Assembly (NCBI GenBank): GCA_044892525.1
Contig: CM097886.1
Location: 39,432,001 to 39,496,000, forward strand
Source: Schmidtea polychroa
Taxonomy: Eukaryota
Reading direction: 5' to 3'
Length of the DNA stretch: 64,000 nt
Below, one piece after another: positions 14,030-26,933 of the stretch. Position numbers and translations under genes: made by a program. Within the stretch, counting starts at the first letter, position 1. The number at the start of each line of letters is the position of its first letter. The notes beneath the pieces were generated by a model, which ran no database searches, was not told where the DNA came from, and saw nothing but the letters and a program-made list of their open reading frames with translations.

Positions 14030-16235
14030 CGCGCGTATGTGTGTGTCATTATTGTTTGGAGCGAGGATAGAACAAGTAGAGTGTTACAAAATTTGAAAGA
14101 ACAAAAAACTTTAGGAGATTGTTATGCAACTTTTATAAATAGAGAATCTAATTATTCTGTAAAACTACTTAAACCCTACCATATGCTAACTGGAATAGAA
14201 AACCAGAAAAGTAAAAATCAAACCAATTTTTGAATGCTCATTCGAAAAAATGAAAGTTAAAGTGATTTTCGAGATTGTAACAGATTTGAATGTTATTAAT
14301 GAAGAATTATGTTCAGAACTAAAATATTGTATTTATTAAAAAATTGACTATGAATCAGTAGAGAAATCGATGTTTTAAATCTCTACTGATTCATAGTCAA
14401 TTTTTTGATAAATACAATGTCAATTGAAAAGAAATCAGAGGTGAAAATTGGAAAAATTTCTTCTAGAATTAAAATACACAATAATGCTATTAGAATATAT
14501 GATAGCAAGATGAAAATTAAATGTGCAAACGGAAGTAAAGCAAAACATTTTGGAATATTATAATAATGCGTTACAATAGGGTCGATTATTAGAAATTATG
14601 TATTTGACATTGTGGCATAACTGTTAATTTGTATATTGTATGAAAAAAATTGAAATTAATGTAATAACTACTAATTATTGTATTGAGATCGAATGAATCC
14701 AAGCCCAATTTTTGTTGAAGATAATTATGTCGTCGTCTTTATTACATTCACTGCGACGAAGTACCATTTTTGTGACTCGGTGTTGATAACTAATATATAG
14801 CATGTTAGTAGATTTCAGTAAAAGTTAGGTTCAAAGAATAAGTTATTGTAATTTATCTTGGCAGGAAATAAAAAAATTAATTATATTTGTTAAAACCTAT
14901 AACATTCATCAAATAAATTACTAAGACTAAATAAATCCAAAATTATATTTCATTAAATCTGCTTATTCTTGGGACATTTTCTTTTTATAAATTTTAATTT
15001 CAACCAAATATTAACATACCACATTCATACTTGAATTGCAATTTTATTTAAAATTATTTTATTTCAAAATTAAAATTAAAATATTCATTTTAATCTAATA
15101 TATTTCAGATAATTTAAGTTTCACTTTTAATTATACAAAATTTAATCATGAAATATATTTAATTTAAAATTTTAATTTTAACTCCTCACAATATTGATGG
15201 GTATTTTGTTAAGCCCGTAATACTAAGTTGTTTAAAATGACTAAAATAAGAAAATAAGTAAGAAACCCAATACTAAAACAATGAAAAGGAATTTGAAAGA
15301 AAAATATATGCTAAGAATAAATAATTCAGAATAAGTAGTTAAAATTAGTTATTATAATTAGTTGTATTATATTGTTATTTATTAGAAATATATTATTCAA
15401 ATATTTTTCATTTTCTTTAGATATACATATATAACTTTTCATTATTTTTAAGCAATTTTCTGCTTTCATAGTTGAAAATCATCACTTTCATGTGCTGAGT
15501 ACCAAACTTGAATGTTTAAAACAAGCACTGGGAGAAGGTAAAAGTATCACAAATATAAACCCAAGCAAACCACTCAGAGAATCTCGAAGCATTGCCTCAG
15601 TAGAAAATGAAAATTTAATTAAAATATTTGGTGGTACTTTACAAGAATATGTAACTTTGAGTCAACAGGCAATTCCTCCTTTAATACACAATACTATTAA
15701 CATTATCAATTTATATGGTAATTAATTTTAATTGGAATTCATTTTACAATTTAATTATTCCAGGAATGCATAATCAAGGAATATTTAGAATTTCAGGAAG
15801 CCAAGCAGAAATAAATGAACTGAAAGAGATGTATGACAATTGTCAAGATCCATTTATCAACAACAGCCAAATTCCAGATGTTAATGTAGCTGCTGGACTT
15901 TTGAAAATGTATTTTAGAGAATTAAAAGAGCCAGTATTTTCTGGTACTTTGTTTCATCAAATTGTTGAGACGTTTGAAACAGGTATGATATGCACCCAAA
16001 TTATATATTTTTTTGTTTAATTGTATAACGTTCGTTTAATTCATTTTTCAATAAATTTAAAACAACCTTTAGATAGAGGAAAAGAATTCTATTATTTGAA
16101 ATTTCTGTCTTATATAAATTAGAACCCAATCGGAATTAAAGATAATTTTGTAAAAAACACCTAATAGCTATTCCAATTATATTTCGATTTACAGTAATTG
16201 AAGATGTTCTTACAATAATAATACAATAAAAATAA

Positions 16236-16285
<50 letters not shown>

Positions 16286-19200
16286 CTAAATTCATTATTA
16301 ATAATAAATTCATTAATATTTAGAAAGAGAGAAGAAAAGTTTTATAAACAAAGCCAGGGAAATAATGAATGGTATTCCTACTGAAATTTATGTGATCTTG
16401 AGATATTTATTCGCCTTTTTGAAATAGTAATTAATTTCTCCTTAAAAAATGTTTATGAAAATTTTAGTGTGTCTGAATTGAAAGAGGATAATATGATGGA
16501 TTCGTATAATTTAGCAATATGTTTTGGCCCGTGTTTAATGCCTATACCAAATGAATTCAATAAAGTTTTATTTCACATGCAAGCTATTGTGAATGAAATC
16601 GTTCGCCTATTTATTGAAAATCACAATTCAATATTCAATAATCCTTCAATTGATGGACCGTTATATGTTCCTCAAAGATACTCTCCCCCAATTAATCATG
16701 CTATGGAAACGTCAATTTTTTCTACAAATGATTACGCTGAATGTGATGATGCAAATAGTACCTTGCGAAGTCAGCGTACCAAATTTTCTATAGACGGAAG
16801 GTTTTAATTTTTTAATCAGTAATGTACATTTAAATGTCTTAGTGATACACTTGAAGGTTCTGGTGCCAGTGATTCATCTTCAAGCCATAATGAAATGAAA
16901 CAAATGGGTACTTGCTTATTATTTTTTTACATATTATTTTAAAAGATGTTTATGGGATTAATCTTACAAAATTTTCTAGATTCACCTCCCTATACAGCAA
17001 TCGCTATCGCTGATTTTAATGGTCAAACTAATTCAGAATTATCTTTTCAAAAAAACGATCGTCTAGTATTGGAAGAGTTTATAAGTGATCACTGGTGGCA
17101 CGGAAGACTTATGGATGGATTAGGTGAAGGTTTAATACCCTTAACATATGTTCAAATTGTTAGTCATCCAGGAACTGCAGGTAAGAATACTGGTGATAGT
17201 AAGTTTAAAATTTTTATTTTCAGATGAAACACTTACTATTGTTTTAGCTTGTAGGTCAACTACTCCAATTGCAATCTTACAAGTTAATCACGATATAGAC
17301 TCTCATTATCTTCATATTGGTCCGTCGCAAATAACAACATCTTCTTCAAATGATCCTGTAATTATTAATCGATCAAAGTCCCCGTCACCTATTATTCAAC
17401 CCCCTGGTAATTTCTCTGATTCCATATCTACTGTAAATAACTTGGAATTAGTCAATATGTCATCGTTTTCTCAACAATCAGTATCTCCAGGTGTAATGAC
17501 GTCATTTTCAAGAAATGTTCATGGTTATAGTCCAGGATTTGATCCAAATATTTTATGGAATGTAGCAGAGCATCCTCTGTCCAACTCAATGCAAATGTTG
17601 TCTTCATTTGGTCACATAACACCAATCTCTAATACACCATTTAGTGAAAAGTTTCACGATCCTTTCCGTAGTGATTCTTCGTCTCTTACCAGCAATTCTA
17701 AATCAGAATCAATTAACATTATAAGAAATAAATCCATCAAAGAAGGAAGTAATTAATAAAATAATAACAAATTATATATATTTATAAATATTTATCCTAT
17801 TTGATTATAGTGTTTGATCAAACTCCGAACCGAGCTTTCTTTTTTATTCTTTCACTTTTAGGTTGTTCTTAATTCTTTCACTTTTGTTCATTATTACTAA
17901 TTTGTATTTAACTTCACTTGTTTGTAAGTTAGGATCACATTTTATTATTTAATTTTGACTCATTTCTACATATTGGATTGACTAGAAAATTTACATACTA
18001 AAGTATTTCCAATTACAGTTCCTATGACAATGCAATAATTTAATCTTATTCCGTATTAAAATAAAATAAAATTTTGTAAAATTTTACATCGTAGATTTAC
18101 ACACGTTTTATTACATATGCGATCTCTGTATAGTTTGATACATTTAAAAATTACGTACAAATTATTAGTTATAGGTCTTTTTAAAAAGCCCCATTTTATT
18201 TTGTTGCGGTGTTATTTTGTTCCCAATTTTACATTAAATTACCGTTGGTAACGTGCCTTTTTGTGGAGCATCGTTTATTTTAGAAATAATTTGTCTCAAA
18301 CTCATTTTTTGTTTTTTTTTAAATTTTATGTTAAAAATGGAGGGTTTTAATTGTTTTAAAAATATTTGTATGAAACATATTACGTTTTTCAATATTTTTT
18401 CTATTATATATTAGTGGACCAACTGAACGGATTGATGACTGACTTTGGTGATAAAATGTTAAAGTTTCTATTAATGGTGAGAATTTTACAAAAATGTGTA
18501 GGTTATTAAGATTTTTGAAAAATGCGCTAGAAGTAAAAATGTTCTGTATGAATATGCGTATGAGTCCCTCCAACTTATTTTTAATCTCTTGTTGAGGTTC
18601 ATCTTTAGCACCTCTTTCCGTAAGACATCAATTTCTATAATAGCTAAGATCTTCCGTCTAGAAGTGTATAAATACATCGAAAAATGATTTTATGTAATCA
18701 AAAGAGATATTAGTGGGGAAAAGTGAAATCTAGGAAAAATTTCATTTGAAAAAAATGGGTTGATATATTTACATATTTTTAAATCTACTGACATTTCATG
18801 TACATGCATTCTATCAGTTGCTGAATATGCGTTATGATTATCATGTCAGACTGAACGTGTTCTTCCTTATAAACAAGTTGTGGATATTTGAAAAAGTTTG
18901 TTTAAGTGTTGAAACTACAAAGTTTATATTGGAGTGTGAAATAGCTCGGCTTATTAGAGATAAGAATTTTACAAATTTTTTCAATGAAAACTTCAAAATC
19001 TAGAAAAAAATTCATTAGAAATGTAGACATGTTAATATTCATTCATTTTTGTTAAACAGTTATATATTTATTTGATTGTATTCTTCATTTAGTAATTTTT
19101 ATTATCTTGAAAAAATATATTATTATCTTGAAAATTTAAATTAAATGAAAAATTTAATTTTAATAATATATTTGTAAGTAATGCAAGTTTTGCAGTAGAG

Positions 19201-19834
19201 AGGTATACTTTCAAAATCTGATGAGCTTTAGTTAAAATGACACTATTTTAAAGAAATTGAAAATAACATTATTTTTTCAGTTGATGAAGAAATACAGTCT
19301 GTCAAAAATCAGCCTACTAAATGTTTTGGCGAAGTTGGTATAGGGGTTAACAAGGACAACCGATCAGTTTCCAGTGTTCCAAACTATTCGGCCTCGCAAA
19401 ATAACAATTCTGAAACAGACATTGATGAAGCATTAGCAAAAGTTGATTATTTTTTTTGTAAATAATAACTAAAACTTTGGTAGGTTCTTAAGGGCTTAGC
19501 TTCTATTCAAAACCAAAACAAACCTCTCTATCGTAGTGATCTCTTCATGACTCCTTTAATGGACCGCCCTGTCATGAGCATGTTTAGGCCAGAGTTGGGG
19601 TTAAACGATGAAAAAGATCCTAATAATCAATGTAGCACAGTACCGAATTCAGATATCTCAAAGGAAACTGATCGCAGCAAGTGCTCATCCGGGTCGATTA
19701 ATGGAATTAAAAACATAAATTCTTCAATTTCAACATCATCAATAAATGAGATTTCAGTTGAAGGCTCTATGGCATTTGTAGAGCAGAACAACTGTACAAT
19801 GCGTCGAAAAAGTACCGATGCTCAAAGTTTTTAA
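11676..19834 (+). CDS. SRGAP: SLIT-ROBO Rho GTPase-activating protein (srGAP), 3' part; F-BAR exons lie upstream of the window or were not recognised
   Basis: Phase-consistent GT-AG exons: 11676-11882, 15453-15717, 15764-15982, 16324-16426, 16468-16800, 16843-16907, 16980-17180, 17224-17748, 19281-19441, 19484-19834 (TAA). F-BAR extension (DYDVEELF). RhoGAP (QAIPPLI, GIFRISGSQAEI, LLKMYFREL, LRYLFAFL, NMMDSYNLAICFGP). SH3 (AIADF..ELSFQK..WWHG..GLIPLTYV). C-terminal DIDEAL coiled-coil motif. Confidence 0.93.
13961..14047. repeat. Compound (TA)n(TG)n microsatellite
   Basis: Directly visible. Confidence 0.97.
14326..14418. repeat. Inverted repeat: 39-bp arms, 15-nt spacer
   Basis: 14326-14364 matches the reverse complement of 14380-14418 with 1 mismatch. 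Confidence 0.95.
16228..16285. repeat. (TAT)n microsatellite in an srGAP intron
   Basis: Directly visible. Confidence 0.9.
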
Positions 19835-20750
19835 TACTTTTGTATATTTATAAAAAGATACCAAGAGTTATATAAATCAAACTATGATCTTTGATTTATT
19901 TGAAGAATTGATGACTGACATGCCTAATTGCTGTTAATTATTTTTAATTGAAAATTGAATTTATTTGGAATTATATTTAAAGCATTTCAACTCTAATGAA
20001 AATAAATATAGTTGTTTAAGTTTATAAAAATTCTTCAAAATGTTATAAAATATTCTTCAGTTTTTTGTGTTTTTAAAGTCTAAATTTTATTCACTATTTT
20101 CATTAGATAGTTTGATATAAATGATTGAAAGAGTGATTTTTTTCGGTTCTCTTAGGCATTTTTATAACTAGAGAGCTGCTTCCAAGTTCGGAATTTTTAA
20201 CTCTTTCAGTTTGAATTTTTTATATTGAAAATAAATTTATTTTGCAATTTATTACTGATTGGAAATTCGTGACTGACAATCTCACTTCCAAATTTGATAT
20301 TTGGTTATTGATGTCAAAGGTACAGCTTAGATAGGTTGTTTGAGCCATTTAAATGGTATAGTGGCAAATGCCACTGACTCAACTAAAAGTTTTGAAAAAA
20401 TTACCTATTTGTCTGTAAATCTTTGTCATTATGATAGTTCATGTAGGACTGATATTTATTGTCAGAAAATAATTGGTAGATAGATATAAATATTGACTAA
20501 GTAAATAGGCTTGGCTTGTAGCGTGTTCAAAGTGTGCACTGCACACATGCACCGAAATTGAAAATCCACCTATACACCAAACACCGTTGAGGATCGTTTC
20601 CTATAATATAAGAAAAAATCAATAATCTTACATTATAGAAACATACATACTTTGATTTCACGCCCGACGTGATCTACAAAAAAGTCGGAGGACAGGAAAT
20701 TAAGTTTTCAAAATCGCTTTAGCAACCAGTTCAAAAATTAATTTAACTCA

Positions 20751-21610
20751 ACAAATGGCCGAGGAAATGTGAATTTATTTGGAAGGTTAATTGCTAAGAC
20801 AGTTAAGGCGTTTAGCGGTGATCCTGGAGAGTATTATCAAACCTGTTAAGCATATTCGTATCCGGATAATATAATGATGCAGAGATTACAAATTTATCTA
20901 AAAGGTTTAGGAAGAGAGAAATACAATGATATTATGGCAACAGCACCAGCGCCAAAGAATTGGACAGAATTAAGAGAGGCTCTCACAGGTAGAATATTGC
21001 CTGGGGATGTAGGTAGATTATTCAGACAACAATTATATAATAATTATATGCATTTATATGCAAAGGAACATCTCGGAAAGTTTTCGTATCGATTATCATT
21101 GATCGCGGAAAGGACATTCGGTCTAAAATTTGCTTGGACGAACCCAGGACAACTATTGGTCAAAGATCAATTTTGGGCAGGACCTACACTTGTGATGAGA
21201 AGCACACTAATTTTACACGAAGATGTGTACAAGTAGCTGATCAGAAAGCCGTTGTTATAGAAAACAGCTTAGATAAATCCGCTATATTTATGGCAAATAG
21301 TGAAAAGCCTCCCGTGTAATGTTTCAATTTTCATAAGAAGGGGCATATGACCAGTGATTTTAATAGTTGAAAATTGACGACTGATGGAAAAAATGTAAAA
21401 TCTACGAGATTTAGTAGGAAGAACTACACAGCAGATGTAGAGCTACAAATTTACAATGTAACAAGTGCCAACGAAAAGGGCATGTTGCGTTAGTTTATAG
21501 GGCTGGAACTCAGCGGCTAACTAGCAATAATTATATCACGGTTAAAAGAAATGACATAAACTCAAGTGGTAAAGTAAAATGTCATGGGTGTCAGGAATTC
21601 GGATATACAC
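20751..21610 (+). pseudogene. Ty3/Gypsy gag remnant with three degenerate CCHC knuckles
   Basis: VKAFSGDPGE. Capsid-like NWTELREALTGRILP (ORF 20874-21236). Knuckles CFNFHKKGHMTSDF, CNKCQRKGHVALV and CHGCQEFGY. Confidence 0.7.
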
Positions 21611-22499
21611 CAAACACCACTGAGATACGTTCTCTATAGTGGTGGTTGGCGTGTAAAATCACTCACCGATTTATTTATCATCATCATCAGCAAATCAAGC
21701 AACAATTTATCATATACTGAATTATGTTTTTTTAATCAATGTTTTTAAAATCAATTATGTTTTTTGGAAATTTATTTTAGCAATTTTACAAATGGCTTAC
21801 AAGTAATTTTTTTTATTTAAAGTAAATTTTAAGATTTGAATTTTGATCCATATGGATATGAGATCATTATTCAAGTTCTTAAATATTACTTTTAATCAAC
21901 ATTATAAATTATTTTTAATTAATTTTCAGGCTTTTTTAGGAATTTTATGTCTTTTATTAAAGTATTTTGGAATTATTTCGAAAAAATGTGAGTCCGATAT
22001 ATTTTTAATTATAATTAATTAATTAAATAAATCAATCAATGTATTTTTTTAAAACATTTTGGGAAAAATCGCTGATTAGAATAATTTTTTTAATTTTTGT
22101 AGTTTTTTCTCTGAGCTCAATATGAGGGGATTCTTAAAGGAAATCAAATCTGGAGTAAAAATATTTTGAACCAAATTCATCTGCTCTTGATATTTTCATT
22201 AAAAATATAATTTAAAAAATTTTCAACGATCTTTTTTTTCTAAAAATTGTCTAAAATAGAATTATTATAGAAACGTATCTCATCGTTACAATTTTACGAA
22301 TCAAAAGTTTGTATGTATTTTTTATTATGTGTTGTGCTTGTGTGCATTTTTTAATTTTCCTTCCACTTTTCAGATTTCTATAATATAAGATGTATCTCAT
22401 TGAGCTATAAATGAGAACATCAACGTGAAATCAAAGTAAGTATGTATGTTTCTATAATGTAAGATTATTGATTTTTTTGTTATATTATAGGAAATGCAT

Positions 22500-22990
22500 C
22501 TCAGTGGTGTTTGGTGTATGCAGAGTTTATGTCCTCAGAATCAAGCACCAATGTAGTAATAACAATAAGAAGAAGAATATTGCCAGTGGAAGTACAAATA
22601 AAACGGCATTTATGGTCAACCAGGAACATGGAATGACATACTTGCAGCAAATGAAATGGAGATTCAGGCTGGCATGGCTAGTAGAGCATGATTGTTCAGT
22701 TTATGTTGTATCAGCGAAATTAGGCACTCAAGAATAAGAGCTCAGCGTTATACCGCAGATCCCAGCATTGAGGACTGTGAGGAGACATAAATAGGCAATT
22801 CCGAGATAGAACCTGGTATGTGAAATATACTTACGATTCCCACCAGAAATATCAGAGATAAAGGACAATAAAGGGTCGGATACCCTAGCGAATTGTTTTA
22901 AGTTGGTAGATACGAGTATCAGATATGAGTATCAGTGGAAAATGACTCAGCAAATGGAGGAATTGTCAGAGAGATATTAAAGTCAATGAG
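22500..22990 (+). pseudogene. Highly decayed retroelement RT/RNase H-like remnant
   Basis: Only weak motifs, such as PPEISEIKDNKGSDTLA resembling the RNase H C-terminal N..ADALS motif. Many stops. Confidence 0.3.
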
Positions 22991-23841
22991 ATTGGTCAAG
23001 TATTATGACTGTTACCACATGTAGAAGAAGAGTAAAGATACCACCCGCGCGTATACAAAATGTTAAGAAGCTTGGGATCAGTAATTGGACAGTACTGGGA
23101 TCCTTGGCTATGAACCTGTAAATTTTTTTTTATTATTAGATTAGAATTATTAGATTGAATCGTTAAACTATCGAAATACACTTGATTTAGTTGTTTTTAT
23201 GTGTTTTGATGCCTTTAAACACATTTTATAATGTTTATTTTATTTTTATTTATTTCTAATTTTAATTAGTTTCGATTACATTTTTGAAAAATAATTAACC
23301 TTAATTTAACCTTTTCATATTTACGATTTTACTTTTCTCCAATTTCACTATTTGTTGTATTCTCATATTTCATTAAATTATTTTAATTTTTACTAGATTC
23401 TATTTCTTTGTACAATTTGATCCCTATTGTTCTGTTGAGGTCTCGATTTTACTTCAAACTTCAACTTTATCACTGGTGATTACTATGGTGGGTTATTGGG
23501 TTGGTGATAATATTTTTGTAAAGTTCTCTTACTCTGAACTGACCCACAAATAACACTTGACAACAGAAATCTTTATTGATAATCACAAATAATTTTCACT
23601 TTACACTGACAATCAATTCAACACTCCGCTTGGTGACTATACAATGCTTATTGCAATACTCAGTGAGAAATAGCACTTGTGTACAACACCGGATTGACAG
23701 ATCATTAACTACTGGTTGGTTTATCAACTACGACTTTTAGTTGGTTGTTTTCTTTGACCTTCTTCGACAACTTTATTCAAACATTCAATCAACATTTTTT
23801 CGTTTATTTCTCAACTAATTCTTTTCAAAAAATCTTCTCCA

Positions 23842-23893
23842 ACAATTATTCTTCACAATTATTCTTCACAATTATTCTTCACAATTATTCTCC
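23842..23893. repeat. 13-bp tandem repeat ACAATTATTCTTC x4
   Basis: Units start at 23842, 23855, 23868 and 23881. Confidence 0.95.
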
Positions 23894-24079
23894 AACAAAT
23901 CGTTTTCCAATAAATACTCGTCTCAATGACTTCTATAAAATTTCTCCCACAATTTCTCCGTTAGTTTATCTCACCTTTCCGGCGACTCTTGACTCATTTT
24001 CCGCTTCGTTCTACAATAAATTTTCGTCTGATATTTTGTCTAATTCGTTGTCTCAATTTTTGTCTGATTTTTCGGCCAA

Positions 24080-24470
24080 CAGTTCCTCTTTATTTGTGGC
24101 ACTAGAGATAATCAAATGTTTCCCACTTCTCTTTCTCCCACATTTTCTTACTGTTCCCTTTTTATCTCTAACAGATGTCGAGATATGTTTTACTTTTTCC
24201 TTTTTTGTTAGACCGACTTCTCCCGGAAATTCCGATATCTTTGAAAAGCTATCCCTTTTTCCTCTTGTTCTGTTTTTGGAATTTGAAATTCCTATTCTCC
24301 TTTGTACTAATTAATTAATAATGACCTTTGTTTTGCTTTCTTGTTTGTTTTCTTTTGTTAGGTTTCTTTTTCTCATTTTTTTTCATTTCTTTTTACTTTT
24401 GTTTCCTTCTCCAAGTTCCCATTAATCGTCCCATTTGTCATGACGATTTTCCCATATGTAATTTACCTAT
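24080..24470 (-). repeat. Dispersed repeat, probably LTR-retrotransposon leader/gag start; diverged copy at 49850-50240 (+)
   Basis: Shared anchors ATCGTCATGACAAA, AATTAGTACAAAA, GGAATT.CCGGGAGAAG and ACATTTGATT.TCT..AGTGCCACAAATAAAG in opposite orientations. Confidence 0.8.
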
Positions 24471-25376
24471 TTATTATATTATTTGCTATTTAGGTATCCT
24501 CAACTACTATATAAATACAAATGAAGATTGTTTTTTAAATATTTATTAAAGAATAAAATTCACCTCAAAAAATTCACACTAGTACAATACTTTTCAAAAC
24601 TTCAATTATCTTTTCGACTAAATTTACCAAATCGTGTGTCCTGTATATATTGTATATGTTGTATTGTACGTGCTATATAATTCCATGCAAAAATTCGTGT
24701 GAAGCATTTTTATTCGCCTTATTTACTTTGCCAGACTAAGGACTTAGTTACTGATTTTTGGGCGGCTAATAATTATTTTACGCTACTATTTTTATCATTT
24801 CTAAATTCGCTATTAGGGAAATTATATTATTTTTTGTTGGGTATTTTGTGTAAGTCGGTATTACTGTCTGACTCCTTCATGTTCTTTTCAAAATAAATAA
24901 ACGACCCAAAACAAATTCTTTATTTAAGATCGATATAGTTACACTTTTTATTAATTCAACCACACTTGATATAACCCTTTTGTTCTGCACTTTTCAATAG
25001 ACTATCAATCTCACGCAGGGATAAATCTTCCAACGGGAGATGTCTCTTTCTGGGAAGTTCGATTTAAATTACTTATTTGTTACTAACTTTAACGTTTTCT
25101 GATCGCTCTCGCTGAACTTCTTTTTTTCTTTTTCTTCGACCAACTGGCAATTTTGTTTTCTTGCCAGTTGCTTTTATATCCACTTGGTAATTGATTTTAT
25201 TTTGACAAATTAGTCTGGATCTAACTTTCTCACTGGCTTTCACTTGTAGCTCTAATTCGCTTTAAGGAAACTGTCCTTTCCCTTTGACGGCTCGCCCCAA
25301 TTTGATTTTATTCGGCAAATTTAATTGGCTTCCCAAAATTGGATTGCTAATTCAGGTTCTTTCAATTTTCCATTGT

Positions 25377-25427
25377 CTCGGGTTCTCCATTAGCTCGGGT
25401 TTCCCATTAGCTCGAGTTCTCCATTAG
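25377..25427. repeat. 17-bp tandem repeat CTCGGGTTCTCCATTAG x3
   Basis: Units start at 25377, 25394 and 25411. Confidence 0.93.
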
Positions 25428-26933
25428 TTAATTAATTTTTTGTAATTTATTCCTTCTAGGAACCCCCAATTGATTTTATTTTATTATTATTGAACTCGTC
25501 TCATTATTTAGCATCCGCCAATACCAGTTCCCCCAGAAAATATTCATCTGAAAAAATTTTTAATTAATATTTTGTACTTAAAATTTTTATTTTGAATTTG
25601 GTGTTTTTATCGATTTTCACCTGATTTTTGTGCCTCTCCTGTTGAACCCCAACATTTTTATGAGTCATTAATGTCATGTTATTACTAGATCTATTAACAA
25701 AGAGTTGAGGGTTAATAATTTATATTTTTATACAAGCTATTATTATATCTATAATTTTTATCATTCTTATTATTTTTAATTATTTACAAAGACAATGTCT
25801 CTTAAGAATTATTTTTCTTAATTATTTATAAGGATTATTAAGACTAATTTTTGTCAATAACTAAACAGCTGATTTTTGTTAATTTAACTGGTTTAATTAA
25901 TTAACCATTTTTTCTTTACCCTTATTCTCCCAATTTATATAATTAAGATTTGATGTAAAACCATAAAATAAAAATGACAATTTATAAAGTTCCAATTATT
26001 TACATAACAGCAATAAAATAAGATAGAGATAACAATAAATGAATAAAATCCCAATGAAATATCATAAACAAGTCATCAGTTCATATCTGCTTTATGATCG
26101 TCTCATTGGAATGTCGCTGTTCTCGGGGAATTGTTCTATCACTGACGCTCTTTGGCATATACATTTACTCGATATTTACCTGGCCCCGTTTTATAGTACT
26201 TGTTCAGGATAAATCTAGTGATGGGCCTACCTTCATCATCCAACGGTTCTTTTGTATTAATTTCATATCATTTGATGTTTTTCAGTTCACTTTACAATAA
26301 CTTTTTGTTTTTTCCTCAACATTACTATAACTCCAATAAAATAACTGGCACAATATTTCCTAAATCCTGATATTTTAAAATTAAGAGTTTTTCTATTTAA
26401 ATTACCCAGTAGATTTTCTCATGTGACTTAAGAATTAATAAATAAATTACCGATTTCAATAGCTACTTATAATAAAATGCAAAAATTTGTCCAAATCTGA
26501 AACTCTTACAAGTTTTACTCATTTTTAAACAATTATTTAGTTTGAATATAAATTAACAATATCTGATTTGCAAAAACAAATGTCATAAATATATAATTTA
26601 TGATAATATTAATTAATATATAACTAGAATACTCTATTATAATACTAAATAACAAATAACTTTCGAAACTTATAATTGCTGAATACAATTGATCGCAAAA
26701 TCGAATTTTAGAATTTATATTATAAATATCAACATAAATTAAATAATCTAAATTAAAAAATTATGTAACATTCGCATTCAAAAACAAAATATTTACTTTT
26801 AAAAATAAATAAAACAGGAGTATTATATTGCCTAATTAATTTTTATATTACTAATTTTGATTATTTATTTGCTTAATAGTATATCAATCCAAAAATTGTT
26901 TGTTTTCCTTAATGTTATTTTTAAATTTAATAA

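Noticed and set aside
13907-14233. 108-aa ORF
   Set aside because: It is created by the (TA)n(TG)n microsatellite.
22374-22435. Exon-like segment (CAG|...|GTAAG) upstream of SHP2
   Set aside because: No in-frame ATG. A better first coding exon (MTTNR, 26934) exists. At most a UTR exon.
23745-24314. 189-aa Phe/Ser-rich ORF
   Set aside because: It is the antisense shadow of a purine-rich repeat and includes a 13-bp tandem repeat. No domain is recognisable.
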